Below, piece after piece: positions 1 to 9,453 of a stretch of 35,820 nucleotides of DNA; the stretch's first letter is position 1, and every line of letters begins with the position of its first letter. This DNA comes from Verrucomicrobiota bacterium (lineage in GTDB: Bacteria > Verrucomicrobiota > Verrucomicrobiia > Limisphaerales > SXQI01), in assembly GCA_033762115.1 (NCBI GenBank), contig JANRLX010000015.1, positions 1 to 35,820 on the forward strand. The letters are read 5' to 3'. A program made the translations under genes and the position numbers. The notes beneath the pieces are model-generated. The model was not told the origin of the DNA, did no database searches, and saw nothing but the letters and a program-made list of their open reading frames with translations.

Positions 1-3000
1 GAAACGCATTTGGTAACCAGGCTCGAGTTGAATTTTAGCCAATGCAGGCCTCGCGCGGTTCAGGATTTCCGAAGGAAGCTCGCCAAACGGTGCATACGAT
101 TTAACCGTGACAGTGCGAAGCTGGTTGTAGTGAGGAATTGTGACGTACTCCGGCTGAATTCGCAGCCGGGAAAAGCTTTCGAAAGGGACGGATGTCCCGC
201 CGGGTATTTGCGCGTAAAGGCCCCGAATTTTTTCCGCCTCGCTGCGGTCTTCAATGCGGCCACGGATCAGCACCGGGATGAGTCGATCTCCCTCGCGCAG
301 TTCGGTCACTTTCAGACCGGTGAAGGAAGCCTGGGCCACGGCCCCGATTTGCTGATTGTTTAACCCAAGGGAATTGGCGCGATCCTGGTCGATATCGATT
401 TGAATATTCGGCATGCGTAAACCCAGGTCATCGAACACATGATACCCTCCTGCCTCCCGAAGAACGGCAGCAGTTTGATCAGCAAGCACGCGCAATTTAT
501 CGAGATCCTCACCACTGAGACGAATCTGGATCGGCTCGTCCACCGGTGGCCCCTGTTCGAGTTGCTTTACGACACAACGCGCGCCGATGACTGATTCGTC
601 CAACTCCTTGCGGAGCTTTACCAATAACCCGGCGACATCATTCGCATGGTGGGTATTGATGAGTATCTGGGCGAGGTAATTGGCAGGTTCCTTGGGGGCC
701 ACATTGTAATAGAAGCGCGGGGCTGTGCCACCGGTGAATACGGCTGCGCTGGCCACCTCGTCATGACGTTTGATCAGTTCGACAACGGTATCCACAGTGG
801 AGCGCATCGTGGAAAGCGAATCAGTTGAGGGCAGTTCAATATCCACCAGCAATTGATTGCGTTCGGCAGGCGGAAAGAACTGGCTTCCGAGGAAAGGCAC
901 CATCAGGCAGCTTGCAACCAACAGCGTATACCCCCCGGCGAGTACAAGGAAGGGACGCTTTAGCGCTCCTTCAAGGGCAGCGCGGTAACGAGGCAGCACG
1001 GCCGCCAGTGCCAGGTCCACGTAACGAAAAAGAATAAACGAGCGGACTTCGCCACCTTCATCCAACCCTTTTTGGCCGCGCAGAAGATAGTAACTGACGA
1101 GCGGAGTGAAGGTAAAGGAAACCACCAGCGCGGCTAACAGCGACAACGTAATCACCGCAGGAAGGCTTTTCATAAATTCGCCCTTGTCGCCTGTGAGCAT
1201 GAGTAATGGGAGAAAGGCAAAAATATTGATCAAGGTGCCAAACACCATTGGATGAGTAAGATGGACCGGCCCCAGCCAGGCAGCTCGCTCTCGTGGTTGG
1301 CCACGATGCAGCTCACGATTGATCCCATCGGAAGCGACCACGGGCACATCCACGAGCATTCCAAGGGCGATGATCAGGGCCGCGATGGAAATTTGTTGCA
1401 GCGGGATGTTGAGCATCTGCATGCCGATGAGCGTCATCGCGACTGTCAATGGAATCGCGGTGGCGAGAACCAGCGCAGATCGCCAATCCATCAGGAACAA
1501 AGAGACAATAATCACGATCAGAACAGCTTCGATGAAGCATTGCACAAAATGGTGGATGCGATGGGCGACCGCGGTGGGTTGATCTGACAATACGCGAAAT
1601 TCCAAACCTTCGGGAATGCGTGACTTCATGGCATCCGCCACTATCATGACCTGTTGGTTGAAATTTCGGATGATCTCGCCGTCCCGCATTTCGACAGCTA
1701 CCGCCACTGCCCGGCGCGTATCCAATGGGCCGTCCTTTCCTGTGCGTCCGAGCACATCAATTTTATAGGGAATGGGTGATTCATACATGCGTCTGACTTC
1801 GAAAAGATCGCGCAAGTACGTTGGCGCACCGTCGCGGCTCATTCCCACGACAGTGCCAAGCATGTCATTTTCAGACTTGTATTCGCCGGAAAGTTGCACT
1901 GGAAAATTGCGCCCCTCGGTGCGCAATGTGCCACCTGGGATAACGGCATTGCGTGCTGAAATTGAACCCATGACACCCTCGGGTGTGAGGCCGTAGCCAG
2001 CGAGGTTTGCGTCGGAAAAGAGAAGATACACCGCTTCCTGGACAATACCGATCCTGGTGACTTTTCCGACGCTGGCAACCTGCTTCAATTCATCTTCAAA
2101 GTCGCGGGCCAGCAATTCGAGTGTGCGATAGCTGTAGCGTGGCATTGCGGCAGCCCGTATTTTCGGCAGCGGATCTTCATCTTCCATCAGCAGGATCGGT
2201 GGAGTAAAATCGGGATGAAACAATTCGCGATCTGTGCCGGTAACCGTTCGGGTAAACTCAGTGATGAAGTTCTGAATTTCCTCCCGGGAGGCAGACGTCT
2301 CCATGTCGGCCAGAATCAAGGAACGATTTTGCAGAGTCCGCACATCGGTAGCCAGGCCTTTTGCCCGAATGGTGGTTTCGAGGCGACCAAGAATCTCGCC
2401 CCGATAGCTTTGGGCAATGGAGGGCGGGAAAAATGCGGCTACGGTGACGCGATTCTGCGAGGGTGATCCATTCCGCACACCTGCAAGGCTCTCACGCAAT
2501 AGATCAGCGCGGGCGACACATTCCGCATCGCTGATGGGGGGGCTCACCAGACCAAATAACAGTGTGATGGTATTCCCGAAATCGGTATTCAACCATGGCT
2601 GGCGGGTACCTTCAGGCAGCGTGACCTCCTGAATTTTTGCGCGAACCTTGTCCCATTCCTGGTCGATTACCTCTGTGGAAGCAGGCAGTTGCTTGATGGT
2701 CATCGTGGAAATGCCCGGGCGTGATTGCGTTTTTATTTCCTCAATTGATTTGAGTTCGCTGATTTTCCTTTCCAATGGTTTTGAGACCAGTTCTTCGACT
2801 TTTGAAGCGGTCGCTCCAGGAAAAACTGTCACGAGCATGGCAGTACGTTGCGGAATCGTTGGATCCTCCTGCTGCCCAAGCCGGGTGTAAGCAATCCCGC
2901 CCCACACTAAGATTGCAATGAGCGCCAGCCAACTCACCTCCCGGTGTTCAACACAAAATTGCGCGATGCCGCCCGATTTAATTTCTTTGTCCACGTGGTT

Positions 3001-3006
3001 TGACAT
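1..3006 (-). CDS. RND efflux transporter permease (AcrB/AcrD/AcrF family), 3' end outside the window
   Basis: Absent from the ORF track because it has no stop in the window. Manual translation from ATG 3006 (purine-rich AGGAAGGA upstream) gives MSNHVDKEIKSGGIAQFCVEHREVSWLALIAILVWGGIAYTRLGQQEDPTIP...FPGATASKVEELVSKPLE..., TM4 ALGMLVDVPVV, and is still in frame at position 1 (LEPGYQMRF). Lies directly downstream of the MFP gene. Confidence 0.95.
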   Translation of the reverse strand, partial: MSNHVDKEIKSGGIAQFCVEHREVSWLALIAILVWGGIAYTRLGQQEDPTIPQRTAMLVTVFPGATASKVEELVSKPLERKISELKSIEEIKTQSRPGISTMTIKQLPASTEVIDQEWDKVRAKIQEVTLPEGTRQPWLNTDFGNTITLLFGLVSPPISDAECVARADLLRESLAGVRNGSPSQNRVTVAAFFPPSIAQSYRGEILGRLETTIRAKGLATDVRTLQNRSLILADMETSASREEIQNFITEFTRTVTGTDRELFHPDFTPPILLMEDEDPLPKIRAAAMPRYSYRTLELLARDFEDELKQVASVGKVTRIGIVQEAVYLLFSDANLAGYGLTPEGVMGSISARNAVIPGGTLRTEGRNFPVQLSGEYKSENDMLGTVVGMSRDGAPTYLRDLFEVRRMYESPIPYKIDVLGRTGKDGPLDTRRAVAVAVEMRDGEIIRNFNQQVMIVADAMKSRIPEGLEFRVLSDQPTAVAHRIHHFVQCFIEAVLIVIIVSLFLMDWRSALVLATAIPLTVAMTLIGMQMLNIPLQQISIAALIIALGMLVDVPVVASDGINRELHRGQPRERAAWLGPVHLTHPMVFGTLINIFAFLPLLMLTGDKGEFMKSLPAVITLSLLAALVVSFTFTPLVSYYLLRGQKGLDEGGEVRSFILFRYVDLALAAVLPRYRAALEGALKRPFLVLAGGYTLLVASCLMVPFLGSQFFPPAERNQLLVDIELPSTDSLSTMRSTVDTVVELIKRHDEVASAAVFTGGTAPRFYYNVAPKEPANYLAQILINTHHANDVAGLLVKLRKELDESVIGARCVVKQLEQGPPVDEPIQIRLSGEDLDKLRVLADQTAAVLREAGGYHVFDDLGLRMPNIQIDIDQDRANSLGLNNQQIGAVAQASFTGLKVTELREGDRLIPVLIRGRIEDRSEAEKIRGLYAQIPGGTSVPFESFSRLRIQPEYVTIPHYNQLRTVTVKSYAPFGELPSEILNRARPALAKIQLEPGYQMRF

Positions 3007-3026
3007 TTTATTGGTTCCTTCCTGTG

Positions 3027-4157
3027 TCATTTCGCGGACTGGGTCTCATCAGCAACTCGGATGGGAGCGCCGTCATAGAGGAAACTTGCCCCGGAAGTGA
3101 CAACTCGTTCCTCCTCAAGCAAACCTTCTGTAACCACAATGGAGCTCTTGAGAATGTCGCCAGTTTTGATGGCACGTTTTCGCGCCTTGCCGTTCTCGAT
3201 GACGAAGACACCCAGTTGCGTTTGCTGCTCACCAGTCATGCCCTTTTCTGAGGGTAGGGTCACGAGCGCCGATAACGGAATGCACACAGCGGAGGTACTT
3301 GCAAGTTCTGTGTCCGGTAGATGAATTCGAGCAGTCATACCGGAGCGCAGCAACCCGTCAGGGTTGGGGACTTTGATGACCACGCGAAATAATCGTCCTT
3401 CACCAGTGGCGGCGAATCCAACTTCCGAAACCCGTCCACGAAAAGGAGGAAGCCCTTCAAGGGCGGAAACTACAATATCAACCTCCTTGCCCGGCAGAAG
3501 TCGGCCAATCAGGCGATCAGGCAATCCCAACTCAACGGACATAACGCTCGTGTCAGCGAACCGGAGCACACGTTGTCCGGGCGCAACCGTGACGCGTGAA
3601 TTGACGTAACGCATCAGGATCATGCCATCCTTTGAGGCGACCAGTCGTGAATCGCGCAGGTTTTGTTCGGCTTGATCAAGCTGTGCCTGGGCGCTGCGCC
3701 AGTCGGCTTCGGTGACATCCAGTTCCTGTTGTGAAATGGCATCGGTGGCGCGCAGCTTGCGAAAGCGTTCAAGTACCTTGGCGGTCAGGTCGGCACGAGC
3801 TCGCGCTGAAATCAAGGCATTGGTGAAGTCTGACTGGTTTAACTCGGCCAGCACGGTCCCGGTTTTGACGCGCGTACCTTCGTCCCAGTCATCATCCGCC
3901 CCCGGGCCGATTCCGGAAAGGATTCCGCCCACCTTGAAACTCAAATCCGTTTCGTTGTCGAAGCGAATGATAGCCAGGTAGGACGCGTCGCCTTCACCCC
4001 GGATACGGTCGATGGGCTCGACAGTTGCGGCACGCACGAGAGAGGTCTCGGGAGGTTTGGTTGACTGCTTTCCGCAGCCTGTAAGGGCCAACACCGCGCA
4101 AAGCAGTGTTGGCGAAAGACTGCGCCAATAATGATGACTCTTGTAAAATCTTCGCAT
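3027..4157 (-). CDS. RND efflux periplasmic adaptor (MFP/HlyD family) lipoprotein
   Basis: Lipobox LALTGC, LSFKVGG, alpha-hairpin AISQQELD...AQLDQAEQNL, LRSGMTA, GL.EEERVVTSG. ATG 4157 preferred over the track start at 4163 because of the sigma54 promoter position. Confidence 0.92.
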   Translation of the reverse strand: MRRFYKSHHYWRSLSPTLLCAVLALTGCGKQSTKPPETSLVRAATVEPIDRIRGEGDASYLAIIRFDNETDLSFKVGGILSGIGPGADDDWDEGTRVKTGTVLAELNQSDFTNALISARARADLTAKVLERFRKLRATDAISQQELDVTEADWRSAQAQLDQAEQNLRDSRLVASKDGMILMRYVNSRVTVAPGQRVLRFADTSVMSVELGLPDRLIGRLLPGKEVDIVVSALEGLPPFRGRVSEVGFAATGEGRLFRVVIKVPNPDGLLRSGMTARIHLPDTELASTSAVCIPLSALVTLPSEKGMTGEQQTQLGVFVIENGKARKRAIKTGDILKSSIVVTEGLLEEERVVTSGASFLYDGAPIRVADETQSAK

Positions 4158-4171
4158 ACACAAACCTCATT

Positions 4172-4187
4172 TGCAGTCGGAATGCCA
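4172..4187 (-). promoter_or_regulatory. sigma54 -24/-12 promoter for the MFP-RND operon
   Basis: Minus strand reads TGGCATTCCGACTGCA (GG-N10-GC), just upstream of the MFP start and next to a bEBP gene. Confidence 0.75.
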
Positions 4188-4270
4188 TGATTGTTTGCAG
4201 ATGCAAGTAATTGGACATCAATATGAAACAGATTCAGAACGCCTTCCGAAGATGGGTTCGAAACAAGAAA

Positions 4271-4288
4271 GTTCGAAAATTATCGTAC
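4271..4288. promoter_or_regulatory. candidate upstream activator site (bEBP UAS)
   Basis: GTTCGA-AAATTA-TCGTAC imperfect palindrome about 94 bp upstream of the -24 GG; matches the site at 5917-5936. Confidence 0.6.
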
Positions 4289-4297
4289 GGCTGAACC

Positions 4298-5872
4298 TTA
4301 GCGGGCTGAATCACGCTCCGGTTTTTTTAAACCCCATTTTTCCATTTTGGAAAGCAACGTTGTGGGCTTGAGCCCGAAAAGTTCGGCGGCTCCATCCGGC
4401 CCCTTTATTTTCCAATTCGCAGCCTCGAGAGCACGCAACAGGTTATCTCGTTCCAATCTTTGCAACTCGGCCTTTGTCAGAAAATCTGTCGCTACTCGAT
4501 TATGGGCTATAGGTTTGGCAGAATGCTTCGAGGTCGTTTGAGCGGTGACAGGCAGGTCAAATTCCAAAGCTTTGCCACGGGCCAGAATGACAGCGCGTTC
4601 AATGACATTGCGCAACTCACGAATGTTTCCAGGCCAGCTGTAATTTTGTAAACTGGCCAACCCAGCCTGGGTAATTCGCGGTTTGGGGCATCTCAGTTCA
4701 CGCACGGAAAGCTCAACAAAATGTTTCGCCAGAGCCGGGATATCCTCAAGACGCTCGCGCAACGGGGGAACTTCGATTGGGAAAACATTCAGTCGGTAAA
4801 ACAGATCTTCACGGAAGCGCCCCGCGGCTGCTTCATTTTTCAAGTTTCGATTCGTGGCAGCGATGATGCGCACGTCTGAGTAGCGGGTACGGTCATCACC
4901 CACACGTTCGTAGCGGCGTTCCTGTAAAACGCGCAGCAGCTTGCTCTGCATCTCCAGCGGAATTTCTCCAACTTCATCAAGGAATATTGTGCCGCCGTGC
5001 GCCGTCTCAAACCGTCCGGCACGATCCTTGATCGCGCCAGTGAACGCGCCCCTGACATGACCAAAGAATTCGCTCTCGAACAAATCCTTTGGGATGGATG
5101 CACAATTGACACGGACGAGCGGCTTTTCCCGACGAGGGCTGCGCCGATGTATTTCGCGGGCGACCAACTCCTTGCCGGTGCCGGTCTCGCCAAGGATAAG
5201 CACAGAAGCTTCTGTCGCTGAGACAAGATCAATTTCCCCAACAATCTGCCGCAACGCTCCGCTTTGACCGACCAACTCGCCAAAAGCGCGCGCTTCGATG
5301 ACTTCCTCCTGAAGGTAGGCGTTCTGTTGCTCGAGTTGATTTTTTAGCTTTTGGATTTCCTCGAAAGCACGGGCACCGGCGATCGCCGCCCCGATATGGT
5401 TGCAGTAAATTCGATTCCAGGGATGGGAAACCGCAAGCGGATGATGGTCGAAATAAACAGCCGCGACTCCGAGCACCTCACGTTTATGCGTCACTGCACC
5501 ACCCATAAAACCGCGAATCCTTTGCTGTTTCAGCCAATCAAGGTTGCCCACGCGTTGCCAATCAGGATCATAATCGCAGAGCACCACTTCCTCTGATCGG
5601 GCTGCCGTTTCCCCTAATATTCCCTGACCCACCGGGATCCTGGTGTGCAAAGGGTCCACTTCTGGAGGAAGCACTCCTTCAGCGGCAACCAATGAAAGGG
5701 AGCGTTCAGCAGGGTCAAGCATCCAAATCTGTACCCCGCGAATGTCGGCGCGAGAGCCAAGCCGGGAAACAATTTTCTTCAGCAAGTCTTCAACTGATCT
5801 CTCGTTCCCGATTTCTGCCAGGAGTTGGGCATTAAAATGGGGATCGAATGGGCTTTGATTTGCCGACTCCAT
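4298..5872 (-). CDS. sigma54-dependent enhancer-binding protein, GAF-AAA+-Fis HTH (FhlA/NifA-like architecture)
   Basis: N-terminal GAF-like region, Walker A GETGTGKE, intact GAFTGA, Walker [29 protein letters not shown]-terminal [16 protein letters not shown]. Confidence 0.95.
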   Translation of the reverse strand: MESANQSPFDPHFNAQLLAEIGNERSVEDLLKKIVSRLGSRADIRGVQIWMLDPAERSLSLVAAEGVLPPEVDPLHTRIPVGQGILGETAARSEEVVLCDYDPDWQRVGNLDWLKQQRIRGFMGGAVTHKREVLGVAAVYFDHHPLAVSHPWNRIYCNHIGAAIAGARAFEEIQKLKNQLEQQNAYLQEEVIEARAFGELVGQSGALRQIVGEIDLVSATEASVLILGETGTGKELVAREIHRRSPRREKPLVRVNCASIPKDLFESEFFGHVRGAFTGAIKDRAGRFETAHGGTIFLDEVGEIPLEMQSKLLRVLQERRYERVGDDRTRYSDVRIIAATNRNLKNEAAAGRFREDLFYRLNVFPIEVPPLRERLEDIPALAKHFVELSVRELRCPKPRITQAGLASLQNYSWPGNIRELRNVIERAVILARGKALEFDLPVTAQTTSKHSAKPIAHNRVATDFLTKAELQRLERDNLLRALEAANWKIKGPDGAAELFGLKPTTLLSKMEKWGLKKPERDSAR

Positions 5873-5916
5873 CTGGAAAACGCTGCCAAAGCGCGGCTAC
5901 TTCGTCCAATCAATTG

Positions 5917-5936
5917 GGTACGATTTTTTTCGTACC
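5917..5936. promoter_or_regulatory. candidate upstream activator site (bEBP UAS)
   Basis: Perfect inverted repeat GGTACGA-TTTTTT-TCGTACC about 95 bp upstream of the sigma54 -24 element at 6022. Confidence 0.65.
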
Positions 5937-6020
5937 GTACAGTTATTGACCCGTCCGCAAGCATCTCGTCACTTCTCCAAAAATGTTTTCGTTCAGCGAC
6001 TTAGCTCATTCCCAGGCAAA

Positions 6021-6036
6021 TGGCACGACCGCTGCA
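6021..6036 (+). promoter_or_regulatory. sigma54 -24/-12 promoter for the LpxR-family gene
   Basis: TGGCACGACCGCTGCA, one mismatch to TGGCACG-N4-TTGCA; ATG at 6058 follows. Confidence 0.8.
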
Positions 6037-6057
6037 ATATCCTTTGGCAGATCGAAT

Positions 6058-7125
6058 ATGAACGTCTCACAAAAGAAAACGAATTTTCTGTGCGGGTTTA
6101 AAGCCGCGGCGGCCTTGAGTGGTAAGATCGTGTTTGGGCTTGGTTCGATTCTTCCCTTGCATGCCGCTGCGGCTGAACCAGCAGCCGTTCTGACAAATGT
6201 TCTGAGTGAAGCAAAGTCCGAATGGACTTCCTCTCTTCGCTGGGAGAATGACACCTTCGGCGGAAGCGACCGCTTTTATACAGACGGGATTTCTATTGGG
6301 TTTTCCCAGACTGGAAAAAACTGGATGGACCCCCTGGCGGAGTGTTTGCCCTGGGGCGAGGGACGGCGCACGGTGGGTTACGATCTCTCTCAAGGGATGT
6401 TCACCCCGTCCGATATTGACCGCACCATCCCCGATCCAAACGACCGGCCTTATGGTGGCGTCATAACGTTTGGATTGTCTCTGCACGTGGAAAAAGAGCG
6501 ATCTTTTCATGGATTAAAATTACTCAGCGGTTTTGTTGGCTCTGTATCCCTTGCTGAGGAAACCCAAAATGCCGTTCATGAACTTATCGGCAATGACAAG
6601 GCACAAGGTTGGGATTATCAGCTCAAGAATGAACCGGTGTTCAACCTGGTTTATGAATATCGCCGAAAATATCCATTGCTAGGCGAACGCAAACAATGGT
6701 CTGCCGAAGCACTTTCCATCAGCGGCGGCTGGGTTGGTAATCTGCTGACTCAAGGGCAACTCGGCGCGCTGCTTCGCGCGGGCTACAACATGCCGGAAGA
6801 TTTCGGCCCAACCCTGGCGCGCGGGATGAGCCACACGCCACCCCCCCGGCATGACCCTGATATGACAAAATCAGATTGGGGATTTTCCTTTTACGGCGGC
6901 GGTCTGGCGAATGTGGTGCTCCGCGACATCATGCTCGATGGCAATACCTTTACGGACAGCCCAAGCGTGGACAAGAAATGGGTTGTGCCAATGGCAGGAG
7001 TGGGTTCCAGCTTCGGGAACCGGCAATTCCAGATCTCCTTTTCCTATATTTTTTGGGGAAAAGAATTCGATGGACAGGAGCAACATGCCGAATTTGGCGC
7101 ACTCACCATCAGCTACTTCTTTTAA
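6058..7125 (+). CDS. lipid A 3'-O-deacylase LpxR-family (DUF2219) outer-membrane beta-barrel
   Basis: WENDTF..DRFYTDG, QGMFTP, DRPYGG, QNAVH, GWDYQL, LDGNTF motifs; signal-like N-terminus ending AAAE; terminal Phe. Start moved from 5983 to ATG 6058, downstream of the sigma54 promoter. Confidence 0.85.
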   Translation: MNVSQKKTNFLCGFKAAAALSGKIVFGLGSILPLHAAAAEPAAVLTNVLSEAKSEWTSSLRWENDTFGGSDRFYTDGISIGFSQTGKNWMDPLAECLPWGEGRRTVGYDLSQGMFTPSDIDRTIPDPNDRPYGGVITFGLSLHVEKERSFHGLKLLSGFVGSVSLAEETQNAVHELIGNDKAQGWDYQLKNEPVFNLVYEYRRKYPLLGERKQWSAEALSISGGWVGNLLTQGQLGALLRAGYNMPEDFGPTLARGMSHTPPPRHDPDMTKSDWGFSFYGGGLANVVLRDIMLDGNTFTDSPSVDKKWVVPMAGVGSSFGNRQFQISFSYIFWGKEFDGQEQHAEFGALTISYFF

Positions 7126-7362
7126 ACGCAATGCACAAACAGAATAAAGTATGAAGCAACATCGAGTCTCACTGAGGGTTTACACAAAAACGCCAATTTT
7201 CCTGCCGATCCGGAATTGGGATGACACCGGGTTTACTCCGACCTTTTCCATACGGCGAAAGAGGCCGAGGAACGTCGCAGCTCAGTTTTCTCCTGGGTCC
7301 CCGGGTTATCCGCGCCAGTTTGCCGGCCCTCGCTTTTAACCAAAACAATTTAAACCAAAATT

Positions 7363-8010
7363 ATGAATGTAATCCCCAGCTTCCTTAGCCTTGAAATACA
7401 CACATCCGATGGTTTGATGACAGAATTTTATCAGGCTGAACCCAAACTCATCCGAGAAACGTTGCGTCTATTGTGGACGCCCCGGTTATTCACTCAACCA
7501 CAGTTGTTCCTGGCGTCGGGACGTCACGCAAGTGCTTTCACCGGCCGATCAATCGACGTGATTCTTGCCCGCACGGATGCGACCATCCAGGGATTTTTGC
7601 CAATGAGCTCTCCTGCCGGACCAATTAATGTTTTCGAATCCAACGTCTCTTTTCCGACCAGCGATTTGGGGATTGCGGCGCATGGCCCGCATTCAGACAG
7701 CCAAAATCCCCGAGTTGTGCATGTTCAAGTGCATACGCTGGGTGGCTGGAACAAAGTTCTCGAGGTTCATGCAGAGATTCGAGGCGCTGCTCTTGACCGT
7801 CGCCAGACATTTGCAAATTTTTTTACGCCCCCTGTCATTTCGTTTCATCTCAAGACTGGCGGAATTGGCCTTATCAATCCCGCGAATCTTACCTGCACCA
7901 AGGCTTATCCATCCAATGATGACCAACCGGAAACATCGCTACCCATGAACCTGGCGGGGCGGTCCTCTCGTCCAACGTATCCCATGAGAGTTTATAGCAT
8001 TCAGCCATGA
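7363..8010 (+). CDS. hypothetical protein
   Basis: 215-aa ORF with an A-rich upstream region, co-oriented with neighbours; no motif recognised. Confidence 0.7.
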   Translation: MNVIPSFLSLEIHTSDGLMTEFYQAEPKLIRETLRLLWTPRLFTQPQLFLASGRHASAFTGRSIDVILARTDATIQGFLPMSSPAGPINVFESNVSFPTSDLGIAAHGPHSDSQNPRVVHVQVHTLGGWNKVLEVHAEIRGAALDRRQTFANFFTPPVISFHLKTGGIGLINPANLTCTKAYPSNDDQPETSLPMNLAGRSSRPTYPMRVYSIQP

Positions 8011-8077
8011 ACGCTGGTGTTACCGCAACACCGCTTAACTCCTGAGATTTGGGAAGCAACATATTGCACTATTAAAT

Positions 8078-8731
8078 ATGACATGGAATCCACTCACCTC
8101 CACTCTGCTTGGGGCATTCATTTCTTATAGCGCCATTCTCCTGACGCAGGTAATCGACCTGTGGAAGCGCAAGCGCTCCCAGGAGGCTTTGATCGAAGCT
8201 CTCCTGCATGCTGTACAAGAAGAGGTGGAAAGCCTTCTGGAAATGGCAAGCGTGAACGCTCCACCCGTTGATAAAGGTTCAGAAGAGAAACCTTATGAAC
8301 ATCTGTTCACCGCAAAACAGGATTATTTCACCATTTATCACGCAAATCCGGAGCTGGTGATGCAAATCAAACAACCTGAACTGCGCCGCAGCATTTTTAC
8401 AACCTACCTGCGAGCCAAAGGGCTGCTGGACACCGTCAGCATGAACCGCCTTTATTTGGAACGTTACCATTATCTTCAGAGCACATTCCTTAAAACCAGG
8501 GACCCCATCGCCCAGACCGCGTCTGAAAATTACCGTCAAATGTTGATCCAAATTGCCGGGCAACTTAGAAAAGCGGACGCTGATTTCAGGAAATCTGCCA
8601 CAAACCTGCTGGAATTGATCTCCGCCCAACTCAAACCTCGTTCCACACTTGACGCAAAGGCGGCTCGCACGTTCGCCCTCCAAAAATTGCGGCTGCCGAA
8701 ACTGACCAAAATTTATGGGACGCCCCAGTGA
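8078..8731 (+). CDS. hypothetical protein with an N-terminal membrane anchor and helical body
   Basis: Hydrophobic N-terminus LLGAFISYSAILL followed by basic WKRKR; 217 aa; overlaps the TetR start. Confidence 0.75.
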   Translation: MTWNPLTSTLLGAFISYSAILLTQVIDLWKRKRSQEALIEALLHAVQEEVESLLEMASVNAPPVDKGSEEKPYEHLFTAKQDYFTIYHANPELVMQIKQPELRRSIFTTYLRAKGLLDTVSMNRLYLERYHYLQSTFLKTRDPIAQTASENYRQMLIQIAGQLRKADADFRKSATNLLELISAQLKPRSTLDAKAARTFALQKLRLPKLTKIYGTPQ

Positions 8732-9311
8732 AGCACGCAAGCATATCCTGATCGCGGCCATCGACCTGCTTTGGGAAAAGAGTTATCACGCGCTCACCGT
8801 TGATGCGGTCTGCGCGAGAGCCGAAGTGCGCAAAGGAAGTCTTTATCATTGTTTCCCCTCCAAAAGCGCATTGGTGGTCGAAGCGTTGCAATTTTTTTGG
8901 GCAACGACTGTTCAGCCTGCTTATCAGAAGCATTTCCATCGACATAACCCTCCGCTCGAGCGCATCTCAAATTTCCTGGAATGGCTGCGCTCTTTGCAGA
9001 TGGAGAAATATCGCGCTGCCGGGAAGATTCTTGGCTGGCCTTTTTTCACCCTGGGCTGCGAACTGTCAACCAACGAACCCGCCATCAATCAAACTCTTCG
9101 TCACATCGACGCCTTGGAACTGTGGTACTTTGAAGGTGCCATTGGCGACCTCGTTGATCGAAAAATGAACGACTCCGACATCCCGCGCATCAAAGCTGTT
9201 TCCTTGCGATCATCCATTCAAGGCGTCCTCGCTCGTGCTCGAGTATTGAATGATCCAAAAGAACTTAAACTACTCGCCACCCTCCCACAAATGATCCTTT
9301 CCTCCAATTGA
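8715..9311 (+). CDS. TetR/AcrR family transcriptional regulator
   Basis: MGRPSEARKHILIAAIDLLWEKSYHALTVDAVCARAEVRKGSLYHCFPSK is a classic TetR HTH. Confidence 0.92.
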   Translation: MGRPSEARKHILIAAIDLLWEKSYHALTVDAVCARAEVRKGSLYHCFPSKSALVVEALQFFWATTVQPAYQKHFHRHNPPLERISNFLEWLRSLQMEKYRAAGKILGWPFFTLGCELSTNEPAINQTLRHIDALELWYFEGAIGDLVDRKMNDSDIPRIKAVSLRSSIQGVLARARVLNDPKELKLLATLPQMILSSN

Positions 9312-9453
9312 TCGAGAAGGGATCAGCAGTGTCCATGCACAATGATAAAACAGGCAGATGAAAAGCCATTTCATGTGAAAAGGCTTGTTATAAGGGGCGG
9401 CCTGGGATAAAAAAGGAGAGCCTTCCATTTTGCGGTCGCCTGGCGGGGTTTCT

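Noticed and set aside
6841..6847. C7 homopolymer in the LpxR-like gene as a phase-variation tract
   Set aside because: Short, explained by Pro codons, and the frame is intact.
7151..7339. 62-aa ORF between the LpxR-like gene and the hypothetical
   Set aside because: No RBS or recognisable motif; cannot be told apart from a chance ORF.
9363..9386. Hairpin AAGCC-ATTTCA..TGAAAA-GGCTT after tetR
   Set aside because: Weak AT-rich stem with a mismatch and poor U-tract; not enough to call a terminator.
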